Assembly (NCBI RefSeq): GCF_011386835.1
Contig: NC_088811.1
Location: 13,888,001 to 13,952,000, forward strand
DNA length: 64,000 nt
DNA from: Chrysemys picta bellii
Lineage: Eukaryota
Direction of reading: 5' to 3'
The position numbers and the translations under genes were made by a program. The notes below the pieces were generated by a model that was not told where the DNA came from, did not search any database, and was given only the letters and a program-made list of their open reading frames with translations. This document shows positions 22,686 to 35,831 of this stretch, piece by piece (the stretch's first letter is position 1; each line of letters begins with the position of its first letter).

Positions 22686-24049
22686 TTAGAAAACACTTGA
22701 CTACGTTACACACCGATGTGTCCAGGCACGGGTTGTACAGCAGACACCGAGTGAGACATTTGGAGTGTGAGTGACAGATACACTCTTTCTCTCCGTCTTT
22801 TACCGTGCATCATGGGTGGGGAAAGAAAGAAAGAAAGTCAAGATTAAGGGCAAAATCTTGGCTTCGTTGAAGTCAATGGCAAAACTCGCAGTGATTTCAC
22901 TGGGGCCAGGGTTTCACCCACAGAATAGACTGTTTGGACAGTAGAATAGGAGGGAGGCAAGTCCAAAGAGAATTTTGGGAAACCAGGGCAATTTTGTGTT
23001 GGATTTGAAGATGGACAGAGACATAAATAAAGATGGTAAGATGAGTGATATGCTTATGCTTCCTGGAGTGATGGGCTGAAGGGGAGACTGAACCTAGCTC
23101 TCTGCCCCGTACTCCCAAAGCTTGTTAGCAAGTGGGGATGTACCAGCAGTAACAAAGGGAATTGCAATAGTATTGGGTTTAAATTCAGAGTGTCAGTTTT
23201 TCAGCAGAGGCAGGCTCAAGATAACGATGAATCCTGGCACACTTTCCCAAGGTGGAGCCAAACATGCAGACATCATGGGTCGAAAAAGCCTTGAGTTGCC
23301 AGAGCTGACTTTGCATGTCTGTCTGTCTACTCCCAGCTAAGCTGCTTGCCTTTGCAGAGCGCTTGTCACTGTGGGGTCTGATGTGAAACCCCAGGACCGA
23401 TGCCGTTCTAGTGACATTACACAGATGTATGCATTTAAGTACTGGGTATTCCGGCTGAATAACAACCATTCGTTTAGTTTAAAGTGGCCACAGAATTTTT
23501 TGTCAGACACTTGCCTGACATAATTTTTTCCCTCACTTTGGATAATTTCTGAACAGACGGATTCTTTAATCAGGGATTGTGATGTGTTTTGAAGTAACCC
23601 TGAAAAGCAGTTGACAATCATAGAGACTAGCTACATCGACAGCTTCAATTGTCTGCCATTGAGGGGAGATGGACTTGGAGGGGAAAAAAATACCGAGGAG
23701 ACATCCAATTGTTCGTATAAGTCGACCAGGCTCATTTAAAAACCCTTTCCCTTAAGCACTGTGGTGGCTCACTGTACTGGAAGATGAATGTACAGCGGTA
23801 TCTCTGCTTGATGGACTGGGCTTTCATTTTCGTCAGCTGTCATTTGGGGTAGAAACTGTGGTCAGACTTAATGCCACTTTCCTCTGTCTCTTCATATAGT
23901 GCCTCCAAAATGATTGCACTACAGGGGGCTGGGGAGACAATCTGCAGAACGTTGTGGCATTACTAATGAATGAGCCTAATGACCATATTCATGTACTCAT
24001 CTGGCATATCCTGGTTCCCAACCTTTCGTCTGCTCTGTGGCTTTTAGAC

Positions 24050-24612
24050 CAGGGGTGGGCAAACTACGGCCTGGGGCTGCATCCAGCCCTCCAGATGTTT
24101 TAACCCAGCCCTTGAGCTCCCACTGGGGAGCGGGGTCCAGGGATTGCCCCACTCCATGAAGTTCTCGGAAGCAGCAGCGTGTCCCCCCTCCGGCTCCTAC
24201 ATGTAGGGGCAGCCAGGGGGCTCTGCACGCTGCCCCGCTCAACAAGCACCTGCAGACAGGGCAGTGTGCAGAGATGCCTAGCTGTGCCTCTGTGTAGGAG
24301 CCAGAGGGGGAACATGCCGCTGCTTCTGGGAGATGCCTGAGGTAAGCGCCGCTCAGAGCCTGCACCCCTGAGCCCCTCTAACGCCCCAACCCCTTGCCCC
24401 AGCCCTGATTCCCCCTCCCACTCTTCAAACCCCCCTGCCCCAGCTCAGAGCCCTCTCCCGCACCCTGAACTCCTCATTTGTGGCCCCACCTCAGAGCCCG
24501 CAACCCCAGCCGGATCCCACACTCCAACCCCCAATTTCATGAGCGGTCATGGCCCATCTACAATTTCCATACCCAGATGTGGCCCTCGGCCCAAAAAGTT
24601 TGCCCACCCCTG
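24050..24612. mobile_element. Non-autonomous hAT element
   Basis: TIRs CAGGGGTGGGCAAAC and GTTTGCCCACCCCTG; TSD TTTTAGAC/TTTTAAAC. Confidence 0.92.
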
Positions 24613-25224
24613 TTTTAAACTGTAAATTCTGAGCAGGAACCTGGTCACATGATCGGTGCCCCCATCCAGACTGGGGCCTTTGGCACTCCCATAATGCAGA
24701 TGATAAATGTTTAGAATGACAGAGGTAGCAGCAGTAGGCGTTTGGTCCATTGTGTCTAAATCTGTCCAAGCTTTGTGGAAGCAACAATTTAGATGTGACC
24801 GGCTAGATTCAAACTCGTTGGCCCAGAGAAATACCAGCTGCAACTCCCTGGGCCAGTAAGACCTGCTGCATCCCAGTGGGGGTCACCTCAAAGAGGGCAG
24901 TCAGTGTTTCCGATGATGCCCTCGCTAGCACGGTTTTGCATCGGGATGACAGTACGGCTCCGTGGGAGCCCAGCTGCTGCAGACTGAAGTAGGCTTGTGC
25001 TCAAGCAGCCTATAACCAGCACCAGCCGGTGCTGCCCTCTTTGGGGTCTGTACTAGCCCCTGGCGGGCCTTTGTTCCACCTCCACGTCTCTTTCTAGACC
25101 GATGTGGATACCGCACCCTGACTTGGTAGAAGCTGACGTAAACCAGAATGGAGTCGTCTTGTCCAACCTGTTTAAAGGCAGAGTAAAAGTGAAAGTTGAG
25201 TTATGCCCAGTTTTCCGCATTCAT

Positions 25225-25881
25225 AGCCACGGGACGCAAGGGTGTGTGTGCAGCTCCCCCAGGTTTTATGCAGGGCCGCTGGCATCACGCCCAGGGCCCT
25301 GCTCCCCAGCCGCTGGCTCCACACATAAACTGGGCGTGCTTCCTACACCTATGCCCTGCTCCCAACCCTCTGCCTGCACTCCGCTCCCCAACCCTTCCCC
25401 TGGGGCCCGAGGCCCGGCCGCTGGCCCTGTGCCTGGGGCCCATGCCCAGAGCCCCTCTTCCGGCCCAGTGCTCTGCTCCTGGGGCCCCAGCTACTGGCCC
25501 TGCTCCCCAGGCACTAGCCTGGGGCCCCGTGTCTGGCCCCACCCCCCACTCTCAGGCCTTCACTCCCGGGGCCCACGCCCACCCCCCCGACCCACTCTGC
25601 CCCCACCCCCCCGCTCCCAGGGCCCCACACCCAGCCCCATGGCCAGGGCTCTGCTCTTGGCCCTGCACGTGGGGTCCCAGCTGCCAGCTCCTCCCAGGGC
25701 TCTGCTCCTGCCCCCACATACGCCCCCATCTGGTGCCTCGGCCCCCTTACCCCTGTCTGGGTCCCCCCCTCCTGGAGACACAGCCCTGCTCCCAGCCTCA
25801 ACTCGGGGGAGGGAGAAAGAAGACGGGATAAGGGTGCTGGCTTTCAGCACCCCCACTACTAAAAATGTTCCACCGCCACTG
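25225..25881 (-). mobile_element. GC-rich hAT-like non-autonomous element, left end uncertain
   Basis: Right end CAGCACCCCCACTACTAAAAATGTTCCACCGCCACTG is a CAGTG-type terminus. C-rich interior. No clear TSD. Confidence 0.55.
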
Positions 25882-26948
25882 CTGAACAGCCTCCCTTCCT
25901 GGTCTGTTGGAGGAATTTGACACCAAAATCAGCTTTCAACTAAACTTTTTAAAGTCCTCCCTGCTCACCGGCTGAAATGGTCTTAGTACTTCCTGGTTAA
26001 GATCCTACTGTAGATCCCCAAGAAGGCATCCTTCTGTGATATTGCAAAACTCGGTGTGCACTGGCAGTGTCGCAGAATGATGCATTCTGGGTTTATCCTC
26101 CGAGAACCTTTACGTACCAAGACGATTTCCCAGAGGAGGGTGTGTTCCTTATCTAAAAGGTTAACTGGAACTGATTTCTGTGCTGAATACATCCCCCAAT
26201 TACTCCCCCCCCCGCGCGCACACACAGCCTGGATCATTCTGCTCTTAGTCCCTGATCCCGCAAGCACTTACATACGTGCATGAGGATTATTCCCTCGGCT
26301 TTGGTAGAGCTACTCATGCTTAAAGTTACGTGTGTTTTAAGTGCTTTGCTAGAGCCGGGCCATAAATCTGGGTTTAGCTCAGAGTCAGTTTCCCTCTTTT
26401 ATTTTGCAGTTCAACTTAAAGTAAATGATCCAGTCAGACCCTCTTAATGTCAACATCAATTTACCACCACAATTTTTATGCTAGCCAAGGTTTCTCAAGA
26501 AGCCCTCTGACCTCTGGCAAGCTGAGAACTCGATGAGCAAAGCAAGGGGCACTTTTGCTTTTAATAGTCTTCTGATGCTAAAAAGCTGAACTCTTGGTCC
26601 CACTCTGTCTGTCATTGGTTCACACAGTTGTTGCACAGACACATCATGCCAGTAAAGAGGAAATACACAAGTAGATAGTGTAGCTAATTGGAAACCGGTG
26701 TAGATCACATGCAGTGTTGAGCAAGACCTTTTCTCCTCTTGGGTATCTGTAAAGCACTATCCACCAGTGGTGTCATCTATACATTAATATTTCAGGACTC
26801 AGTCCTGGGGTTGGAGCAGCTGAGTAGGGCGTATTGCTAGTCTCCTACGGTAAACTAAGCTGGAGGGCACGGGATGTTCTGCATGCTGGCGGGACAACAG
26901 GAACGCTATGCCCAGCATGCACCAGGAGACAATTGGCTGTGAGAGGCA

Positions 26949-27182
26949 CAGGGCCGGCTCTAGCATTTTTGCCGCCCCAAGCACCAAAAAAAAAAAAATA
27001 GCCGTGATCGCGATCGGCGGCAGCTCTACCGCCGCTTCTTTCTTTGGCGGCAGGTCCTTCGCTCCGAGAGGGAGTGACAGCCCCACTGCTGAATTGTCGC
27101 CGAACGGCCAGACATGCCACCCCCCTCTTCATTGGCCGCCCCAGGCACCTGCTTGCTATGCTGGTGCCTGGAGGTGGCCCTG
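26949..27182 (-). mobile_element. hAT MITE, CAGGGCCGGCTC family, copy 3 (inverted)
   Basis: TIRs present; perfect TSD GAGAGGCA; interior is the reverse complement of copies 1 and 2. Confidence 0.92.
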
Positions 27183-30100
27183 GAGAGGCACCATTTCATG
27201 GGAATTGTCAGATTGCACTTAAGCAGCAATTGCTTAAGCAGAACCAACTGCTTGTTGCCACATGTCCCCCTCATTGGGCTACAGAGTCATGGATCGCAAA
27301 AGTCTACAGATTAGAAGTGGAAGTGAACGCAGAGGAGAGAAGATTGACTCAAGCGGCATTTTGAGTATTTAAACACCTTTGAGGCTGTGTCAGGTTGCAA
27401 GTCTGGGACCTAGGTACTGTGCATGGGCCAGGGAGAAGTGTCTGGGGATATCAGCTCTTTGCCTATGAGGTTTGGCAGGAAGAAAGACTTTTCCATGTAT
27501 GTATTTAAAATGACTGTTGTCACATGTGCCCTGTTCGCCCATCTGATGGAACGAGCTAGGTTAAATCCACCACCTTAAAGGAGGCTAAAGGCCTGTCAGT
27601 CACAGATGTGCAAGGCTCCCCTTCCTCATCCTCCTTTTGATAGAAGCATGATGTGCTTAATCAGTCCTCTGCTACTTTTTGTTCTTGCCTATATTTTAAT
27701 GTATCCATTCTTCCAGGTGGGGTAGGGGGAAGGAGCGGGAGAGAGCTTCGCACCTTCCAAAGTGCTGAGTTCGGGCTTCCACTCAGGGCCAGTTGTTTTG
27801 CTGCCCAAATGTTCCGAATGTGCCTGTGAAGCTAAAAGGGGGCGTTTGCACTAGAAGGAATGGTCTTAATTAACTCACCGACAGTGAATTTCCTGCTTGG
27901 GAAAATGACCGTTGGCCTACCCGTCTGCACATTGTTTGTAAAGGACTAAATTAACAGCCCTGAAAATTCAAGACATGCATAGGCAATGCTAGGCTCCCCC
28001 AGATCTACCCCACTGAAGTGCTTCTACACTGTTCTGGAGGGGCCACGTGTTGGTTGGGGAGGGGAACAATCAATCTCCATAGCTCATTCAACTCTTGGCT
28101 TCTTCGCTGTGGCTTCAAACGTGGGGCAGTTACATCAGTTGAGGTGATGGTTTTGTATACCGGAAATACGTTCACCAGTTCGGCAAAGTACTTAAGTAGT
28201 TGCTTAAGAGCAACCCAATTCAGCTAATCGTGTGCTTTAATGCTTTAGATTTAAGCATTAAGTATTTTGCCAAATCATGGCCTAGGAGCTACCCTGGGCC
28301 CGTGCTTACTACGGTTCCTTCCGCTTCCAGCATTAGGGAGAAAATAATCCCTATGTTGAGGTGATTCTTAGCAAAATTTTCTCTTCCAGACTGGCCAGAG
28401 GAGATGCTGGGAGAAGCAGTCACGGGCACTTACTTTGATATATAATAAGAGAATTTGAAATTTTGAGGTGTGATCAATAATGATTAATTGGGGAAGAGGA
28501 TAAAGGCCTGAGGAAAAAAAAGTGAGACATTTTTAAAGTAACAAGAATGTGTTTATGGGGAGGGTTGGGGTGAGAAATCATTAATTGGCCTTTTTCTATT
28601 AAACTACCTTTGTTATCAAACCAGGCTTTAATTTCATCTCTATCTGCCACAGAGCACTGTAGTCTAGAATAAAATAGCAGTGCTTCCCGATAGCAGTACT
28701 GTCAGTGGTTACTGAAATTTAGAATGCGAGGGAGGAGAGATTTGAGAGGATGCTGGTGAAAACCTACTGTGAAACCGCACTATGGAAAGCTTCTGCAACG
28801 GTGGGGTTTTTCCCCCCTATAGTGCTGTAAAACATGAGCATAAAAGAAAACATGCATCAAACAAGCTCATTTTTCTCCAAGGACCATATCATCATTTAAG
28901 GCTTAATTCAGCTTGATGTTTTTGCCTGTCCTCTATAAGCTGTACTGTTAAGGTTAAGTCTGTTACAGTACATTTCTGTGATTATACTAAACGCATTTGA
29001 GATCCAGTATCTCTTCCTTCATTTGTTTCCTGGTCAAGTAAATTTTTAACAGGCCTCTTTCGACGAGCAGAATGTTATCGCAATTAAAACCTCTCCAAGC
29101 AACAGAAACACTGGCTCATGCAACTGTCACTCATTGCTTTACAATGTGTGGCTTTCTTAAAATATTAACAATTAAGGGGGAAGCTTTGGCCAAACTCTGA
29201 CATGTGCTTAGAGCAATTGAATAAAGGCAAAGCCAACTACTGGTCTTTAATCAACATGTGGCTAGTAAATGAAAAAGCTGAAGGGTTTTGTTTTCTCCTC
29301 CCTGCTTGTTTTACGAAGAAAAGTGGGCTTTTTCTTTTTTTTTCATGTCGGTTCAAACCCATCAGCCCAGGGACTGTGAGAGAGAAAGGTAAGAATTTAT
29401 CAGCAGGGACTCCAGTTTTCACGGCTGGTTTCTTATTTTATTTTTAATGTTTTTATTTATATAAATGATGACACAGTGGACCCAATCTACAGCTGATGTA
29501 AATCAGTGTAGCTCTGTTGAACTTCAGTTTACATTAGCAGACGATAGTAGAATTAAACAGCATCAATTCCCTGGGTTTGAGCACAATGTCTGGTTGAACT
29601 GGGACAAAAAATAGCTGTCTGAAGCTCATTCCAAGTCAGTAAGACAAGAGGAGTCCTGGTTAGATGCATTTCATCTGCCCCCACATGGTATCATGATTCC
29701 TTTCCCATGATTTCCTGTTCAAATATCCTGATTTCCTTCAGCGTTTTCCTCCCCCTATTGCAGGAGATCTTTGTCTCTTTCTGCCTTCTGTCCCCTATGT
29801 CCTCTATGAACACTGAGGCCAGGAGTGGAATTAATTTTACATATCTTGTTCTTCTGTCAATACTTCTGTCAGTAAATTACTTCTGCAATTTCTTTGAAAC
29901 ATCACCGTCTCCTTTCGCTGACCTTTTATTCCTTATGTGCTTGGAACTTTTTTACCTTAACAGCTTCTGCAATCTTCTTTTCCATCTCCGTCTTTGCTCT
30001 TATCATTTTTATACACTCGGCTATAATCTTCCCATTTATGTCTACATATGTTTGATAGGTTGTTTGTTTTTTTTCCTTAACCCTAGAGGGACAATTTTTG

Positions 30101-30389
30101 ATTCTTTCTTATTCATATATAGCAGCTCTTGATACAGTATACACCTAGTGCCGAATGTTTCTAAGGCTACAGGGCACAATTAACTCTTGGGCATATTCAT
30201 TTATTTTTAAACTGTTTTACTAGGGAATTTCCTCTCGGGTGAAACACTTAGTTTCCAACAACATCCCAGAGCCTGAAAAGAAAAAAAGCAAAGGGATGTG
30301 ATCTAAAATCATCCATCTCACTCCAGTGCTTTCACTTTGCACTAATCTGGTGTGTCAGATCTGAGCATCTCAGAGTCCTTTGCAAATGT

Positions 30390-30560
30390 TAGTTAATGAA
30401 GCCTGTGATGTTGGCTGTTACTTTCATAGACATTTTCCAGACACGGAGAGGTTAAATGACTTGCCAAGGCCATGCTGTGAGTCAGTGGCAGAGAGAGGAA
30501 TGGGAACAAGGAGGCCTGAATCCCAAACCTCTTTCCTAACTATTAGGCCCCATTTCCCAT
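30390..30560 (-). mobile_element. MIR-type SINE
   Basis: GACACGGAGAGGTTAAATGACTTGCCAAGGCCATGCTGTGAGTCAGTGGCAGAG. Confidence 0.7.
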
Positions 30561-31540
30561 CGTTTATGGCAGAAATGTTGGAAATGGTAACGTACATTTG
30601 TACACTCTCCACACTAGCAATGTTTAACTTTCAGAACAGGAATTTCTCTCTAAGCACTTTCTATTTTCCCACTAAAGCTTTCTTTTCTATTATTTTAGCC
30701 CATTTATCTCCGTAATTAGATACTAAATTGATAGCTTTCTTATAAATTCGTAAGTAGGTAGGTGTATTTGATTTTACCTAACATTTTCTCTCACTTTTGC
30801 TTTTCTTCCAACAATAGCTCAGTTGATGGCATTTTAAAGAAAAAATAAATGATTGAATCTTAATTAAATTCTGGTTTTTTTTAAAAAGAGATTTAGTTTC
30901 TTGGGTAATTGTCCACCTTTGGATCCATCATCTTCACAGCTATTCCAATATTAGCTCCATTCCTTTTTCCTTCCATCTTTTACATGTTGTACGTTCCATT
31001 TGTCTGGGTAACTCCAGTATTCCATTCAAACTTATTCATCATGTATTTATTGGATTTTTGCCATCATCTTTTCTTCCCACTGAGTTCCTCTTTCCTATCT
31101 GATAGTCTGATTTCTTTGATCAGCTTCTGATTCTAACTTCCCCCTGGGGGCCATTCCACTGGTGTAAACCTGTGTAACTTCAGAGAAATCCGTGTTCAGT
31201 GAAATCAGAACTCAGCACTAGTTGAGTATCTAACCTATAATTGCTCTGGCTGTCAATGGGCTTAGACCCATTGTCTACTCTTTCAGATTCTTCTTTATTT
31301 CCCTCAACTTCTTCACAATCTTTGCGTCCTCCCTTTGTCTTGAGTAATGTTCTCATCTCCTCTGAAAGTCTTCAGTAAATGTTGAGGTGTTACCATATTG
31401 TTAGAGACATTCTGGTTATGGCTGTACAAAAGGATATGTGGAATTAAATAAAACTTAGAATGGTAAATTGTGTTCAGACTTTAATACCCTAAACACCCTC
31501 TCTTGGTGTAGTAGATAATTCTTTAGATCTTCAAGATAAG

Positions 31541-31937
31541 TAGGCTTGGAAGGATTAGCTTTTTATCAGTAAATGTCAATTTCACTCATCACACACAAAC
31601 AATGAAAGAACATTTCCATTGATTAATCATAGAAATTTAAAGATAGGCCAAGTAAGAAAAATGCTGCTTAAGAACTTAATAGAGTTTGACTTAAGGGTAT
31701 TTAATGTGTATATTTTGACATGTGGTGTCAATAATTTGTGTTTTAACAGTTATAAAGCTTTAACTTTTTGAATCTCAACCTCTACTGTCATTAAATAATT
31801 ATCTGACACCTCCCTCCCCAATAATTAACCACAACTGTGGCGATTTAAATAGATAAAGATAGAAAAAAGTGCTTAAAAATAAACCTGAGATCCATCAAAA
31901 TTATTTAAAAAATAAAAATCAAATTCTGCCAAGCCTG
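31541..31937. mobile_element. AT-rich non-autonomous hAT element
   Basis: TIRs TAGGCTTGGAAGGATT and AATTCTGCCAAGCCTG; TSD AAGATAAG/AAGATAAC. Confidence 0.85.
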
Positions 31938-32368
31938 AAGATAACCCAGAGGAGGCCACTAAGGAAATCAACACAAATCCAGTGTTGGCAAAACCACTGA
32001 TGATTAGTCATTGGAAAGGTGCCTTGAAAGGTAGTGAGGAAGGGGGTAGATGCATTGGCTTGGACAGCTATTTATAAAAAACAGATGTACACATTATGAA
32101 ACACAAGAGATAAATTTGAACACATATGGCAGCATTTTCATGGTTATTTAGAATCACAGTCATCCACGAATGATTAATCGAGTCCTTCCCAAAACAGGAA
32201 TGCACAGTCTCTTGTAAAGCATAAGACATTTTTGTTTGGTCTTTCCCCTCCTACTCTTCTTGGATGAAGGCGTGCAGGTACTATAGTTATGCCCTCCAAC
32301 ACCAGATACAGAAGACTCAGTAAGACTACACATCCCCAGAATACTGGACATTACGATACTTTCTGGAA

Positions 32369-32444
32369 CAGCGTGACCCCGCCCACGCCAGCGTGACCCC
32401 GCCCACGCCAGCGTGACCCTGCTCCTGTTAGCGTGACTGCACGG
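32369..32444 (+). repeat. 20-bp minisatellite, 2 perfect and 2 degenerate units
   Basis: Unit CAGCGTGACCCCGCCCACGC at 32369 and 32389; decayed units at 32409 and 32429. Confidence 0.9.
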
Positions 32445-33650
32445 AGGATGCCGTTTTTAAGAGCGCGCCGCCTTGCCCCCACTAGTGTGACCTCACTCTT
32501 CAAAATGGCTTTCTCCATCTATCATGCTGAGGAAAACCACGTCTGGCTTCGTCTTAGTACGAGACGGACAACAACCCTTAGAAAAAGAGAACGGTTTTGC
32601 CTAAAACTAGAGGAATTGCCTGCCTAGTTGGTAAATGGAAGGAAGAGCTGTGGAGACACTGATAGTTACACTACAGAATGTAAATAGTAATGATAGGATT
32701 TATTTTGTGCTTATTCTTCTCAAACATCAGTTTTGAAAGAGTGAAAATGCGTCATGGGACCTGGAGCAGCTTGTATAGCTGTCTGGGACTGGCCCATTGG
32801 TATCGTTTGTTTCTGCAGCAGCCCTGCTTGAGTGTAAGCATCTGTGAAGTGCCATTTCTCGCAAACCAGAACATTGTAGTGAAATGACCTGCTCTGTGAA
32901 GGCCCAAGCCACAGGCTGAAATGAAGCATACAAAGCAAAGCTTTGTTCAGCCAAGTTCCAGAATAATGAGTATCAGACAAGGCTTCCTTCAGACTTCACT
33001 TAAAGGGAATAGCAGGTCTTCCTCTCTGTCTCTCCTATATTTGGGCAGTATGGGGTTACCATTCTCTCCCTGCCAGAACCTATGTAGGGGTCCTTCACCT
33101 CATTGCAATCACTGAGCTATCTTCATGAAGAGCCCTCTCCTGCTCCTCCAATTCCTTTCCTAGCAGAGCCAAAATAATGGAGTGTCTTTATACAGAATAC
33201 ATGATTATACATGATAGATGTAAAATTCCTCTACTGTGTCAGGACCTTCCAAAACTATCCCTTGAGGAAACTACAAAGCATCCCTGCAATTAAATTTAAA
33301 TTCCTTTATTGGGTACAGAAACATGAAGGTTTTCTTAAGTAGGACCAGCTATAAAGAATGCGTTGTGGGTAATGACAGGACTTCAGTTTCCAGTGCAGTT
33401 CTGATGATGTACATATATGGATATCATCCATATCTTTGGTTTGTTTGTTTTTTCTTATCTGGGCACTCTTGTTCATTTGCTTTCAAAAAATGCATCCAAT
33501 CAACTGTTTGTGCTAGTGAAAAGTTTAAAGGTGGGTGAATCTCAAATGGTTTGGCTTCTCAGTTTGCATAAGCATCCAATAGTTTAGATGCTTATCTGAA
33601 CCCTGGGCCAAGTTCATCCTCTATGTAACTCCATGAAGCCAATGGAGTTA

Positions 33651-33900
33651 GGCCTCGTCTACATGAGAAAGTTATACCAGTGATACTGATTTAGTTATAC
33701 AGGAATAATTACACCAGTATACTGCCCTCCGCCCCTGGTGTGGACACACTTATTCCAATATAAGAGAGGCTTTTTCGTGTGTGTTTAGTTTAAACCCGTT
33801 CCTAAGCAGGATAACAAGCTTCAACTTCCAGCTGTTGTACTGAATTATCTATATAACAGGACAGCTGCATCCATACTGTGAGATGTAACGATATAACTAT
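33651..33900. mobile_element. Older Harbinger-type MITE, interrupted by the 33901 element
   Basis: TTA followed by GGCCTCGTCTACA left terminus; internal GTGTGGACACAC; runs into the younger insertion. Confidence 0.5.
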
Positions 33901-34186
33901 GGCCTTGGCTACACTTACCCGCTAGTTCGGCGGCTGGCAATCGAACTTCTGGGTTCGACTTATCGCGTCTAGTCTGGACGCGATAAGTCGAACCCGGAAG
34001 TGCTCGCCGTCGACTGCGGTACTCCAGCTCGGCGAGAGGAGTACCGCGGAGTCGACGGGGGAGCCTGCCTGCCGAGTGTGGACCAAGGTAAGTTTGAACT
34101 AAGGTACTTCGAACTTCAGCTACGTTATCCACGTAGCTGAAGTTCCGTACCTTAGTTCGAATTAGGGGGTTAGTGTAGACCTGGCC
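33901..34186. mobile_element. Young CpG-rich PIF/Harbinger MITE
   Basis: TIRs GGCCTTGGCTACACT and AGTGTAGACCTGGCC; TSD TAT/TAA; two long internal palindromes. Confidence 0.9.
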
Positions 34187-35831
34187 TAAATCAGTAAAAA
34201 AAAAAAATCTCCTCCCTAATTGAAATAGTTGTCAGTACAAAATGTGTCTGCAGACCAGGACTTGGGAGCACATGCTCCTTTGCAAGTGAATTGGATTTGC
34301 ACTCCTATGTCACTTAAGCATTTTTTAAAATCTTGCCCTCTATCTGTAAGGGAGCACGTTGTGTATCCAAAGCAAATCCATTGTACGATTGTAAACCGGT
34401 GGGCGAGGGAATGAGGCTGCTTTGTGAAATGATTGCTGTTCCTCTCTTCTGCACAGAAGTGGCTATTATGTGGTGTGTTGCTTGTATGAATCCAGAACAG
34501 GTGTTGGTGAGGATAGACTAAATCTGATAAGTAGCTTGCCCTATTCATGCTGCGGCTGACAAATGGCTGTTGTAGGACGTTGGGATATTTCACGAGTGGT
34601 CTGTGGTGCTGCATGGCAGAAAAAGATCATGAGGCTCAAATAGGCTTTTTGATACCGATGAACCTAGGGAAGCCAAAATTCTGAACAGGCCTCAATTCAG
34701 CAAAGCACATGTTAAGTTTCTTTTGAAATCAATGGGAATTAAGCGTGTACTTAATTGTCAAAGGATTTAAAAAGGAGTTAGGCCCTCAACTTCCATTGAA
34801 CGGCAATGTGAGCTGTACTCTTAACTCCCACAGACCTCTACATGCTTTGCTGCACAAGAATGGATTTAACCACATGCTTAAGTGCTTTGCTGAATTGGTG
34901 CCTTGGTGCCCAGATCTTGCTGAATGACCATCCCAGGCTGGTTAGTGGCAGCATTCATCACTTAACTGGCACGGGGGGGCCACATTGTCAACTGGCATAT
35001 ATTGGCATAGCTCCACTGAAGTCAACAGATCTATGCTGATTTGCAACAGCTGAGAACATACTGGACCAGTATGTCTAAACTTCATGAAGTTTGTTCATCT
35101 TATTATAAGGTCACCTATGTTAATAGATGGAGAACTGCGTGAGAGAGAACATATGAAGTTCCCTGCTGTGCCACCATACATTGCTCAGTTTGGACTGTTG
35201 GCCATGTGCTTAGCCCTGGTATAAGAAAAACAGAATGCCTTCTCATAACTGATTTCTACTCCCCAGTAAATCCAGTGCTCACTGGATCTCTAGTCCACAT
35301 CCAGATGACAATATCCCCTTGAAGCTTGGGTAAGTTATGGCTTCAAGTTTTCATTTCAATAACAGGGACCATGGTGAGTAAGAGAATAGGAGCAACTTGA
35401 TGAGGTCTTTCAACCACAACTAAGAAATCACAGACTCTTAATTACTTTACAACAGTTCTTTTCTCGTCCTTAGTCGGTTCCCTTTGTGTATGGCTGAATT
35501 GTGAAGTGTTTATCGATGCTAATGATGCGGTCCTCCAGAGGCCCATTGACTCAACAGGACTGAAAGTGAAACTGTTAAGAAATTAATTTAGGCTGTGGTG
35601 ATACATCAAAAAGGAGAAGTAAACAGAACACCAGCCCGGTCTCTGCTTTAACTAGCATGGCTGCTTGCTGGGACGTGAACGGAAAGACCAGGGTAATGAT
35701 AAGAATCCATGGACATTTATCTAGCCTAATAAAAGCAATAAGCCCTTATTAGGAAATATATATTTAGAAGACACATCAGTTTCTAAAAGGCAAACCCTAG
35801 AGACAGCAACATTCCTAGGGTACCTGGAATT

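Noticed and set aside
25102-25920. 272-aa Pro-rich ORF and overlapping ORFs
   Set aside because: Stop-poor C-rich TE interior, open in many frames, with no recognisable domain.
32369-32444. Short direct repeats as a CRISPR-like array
   Set aside because: Units are contiguous with no spacers, and this is eukaryotic DNA.
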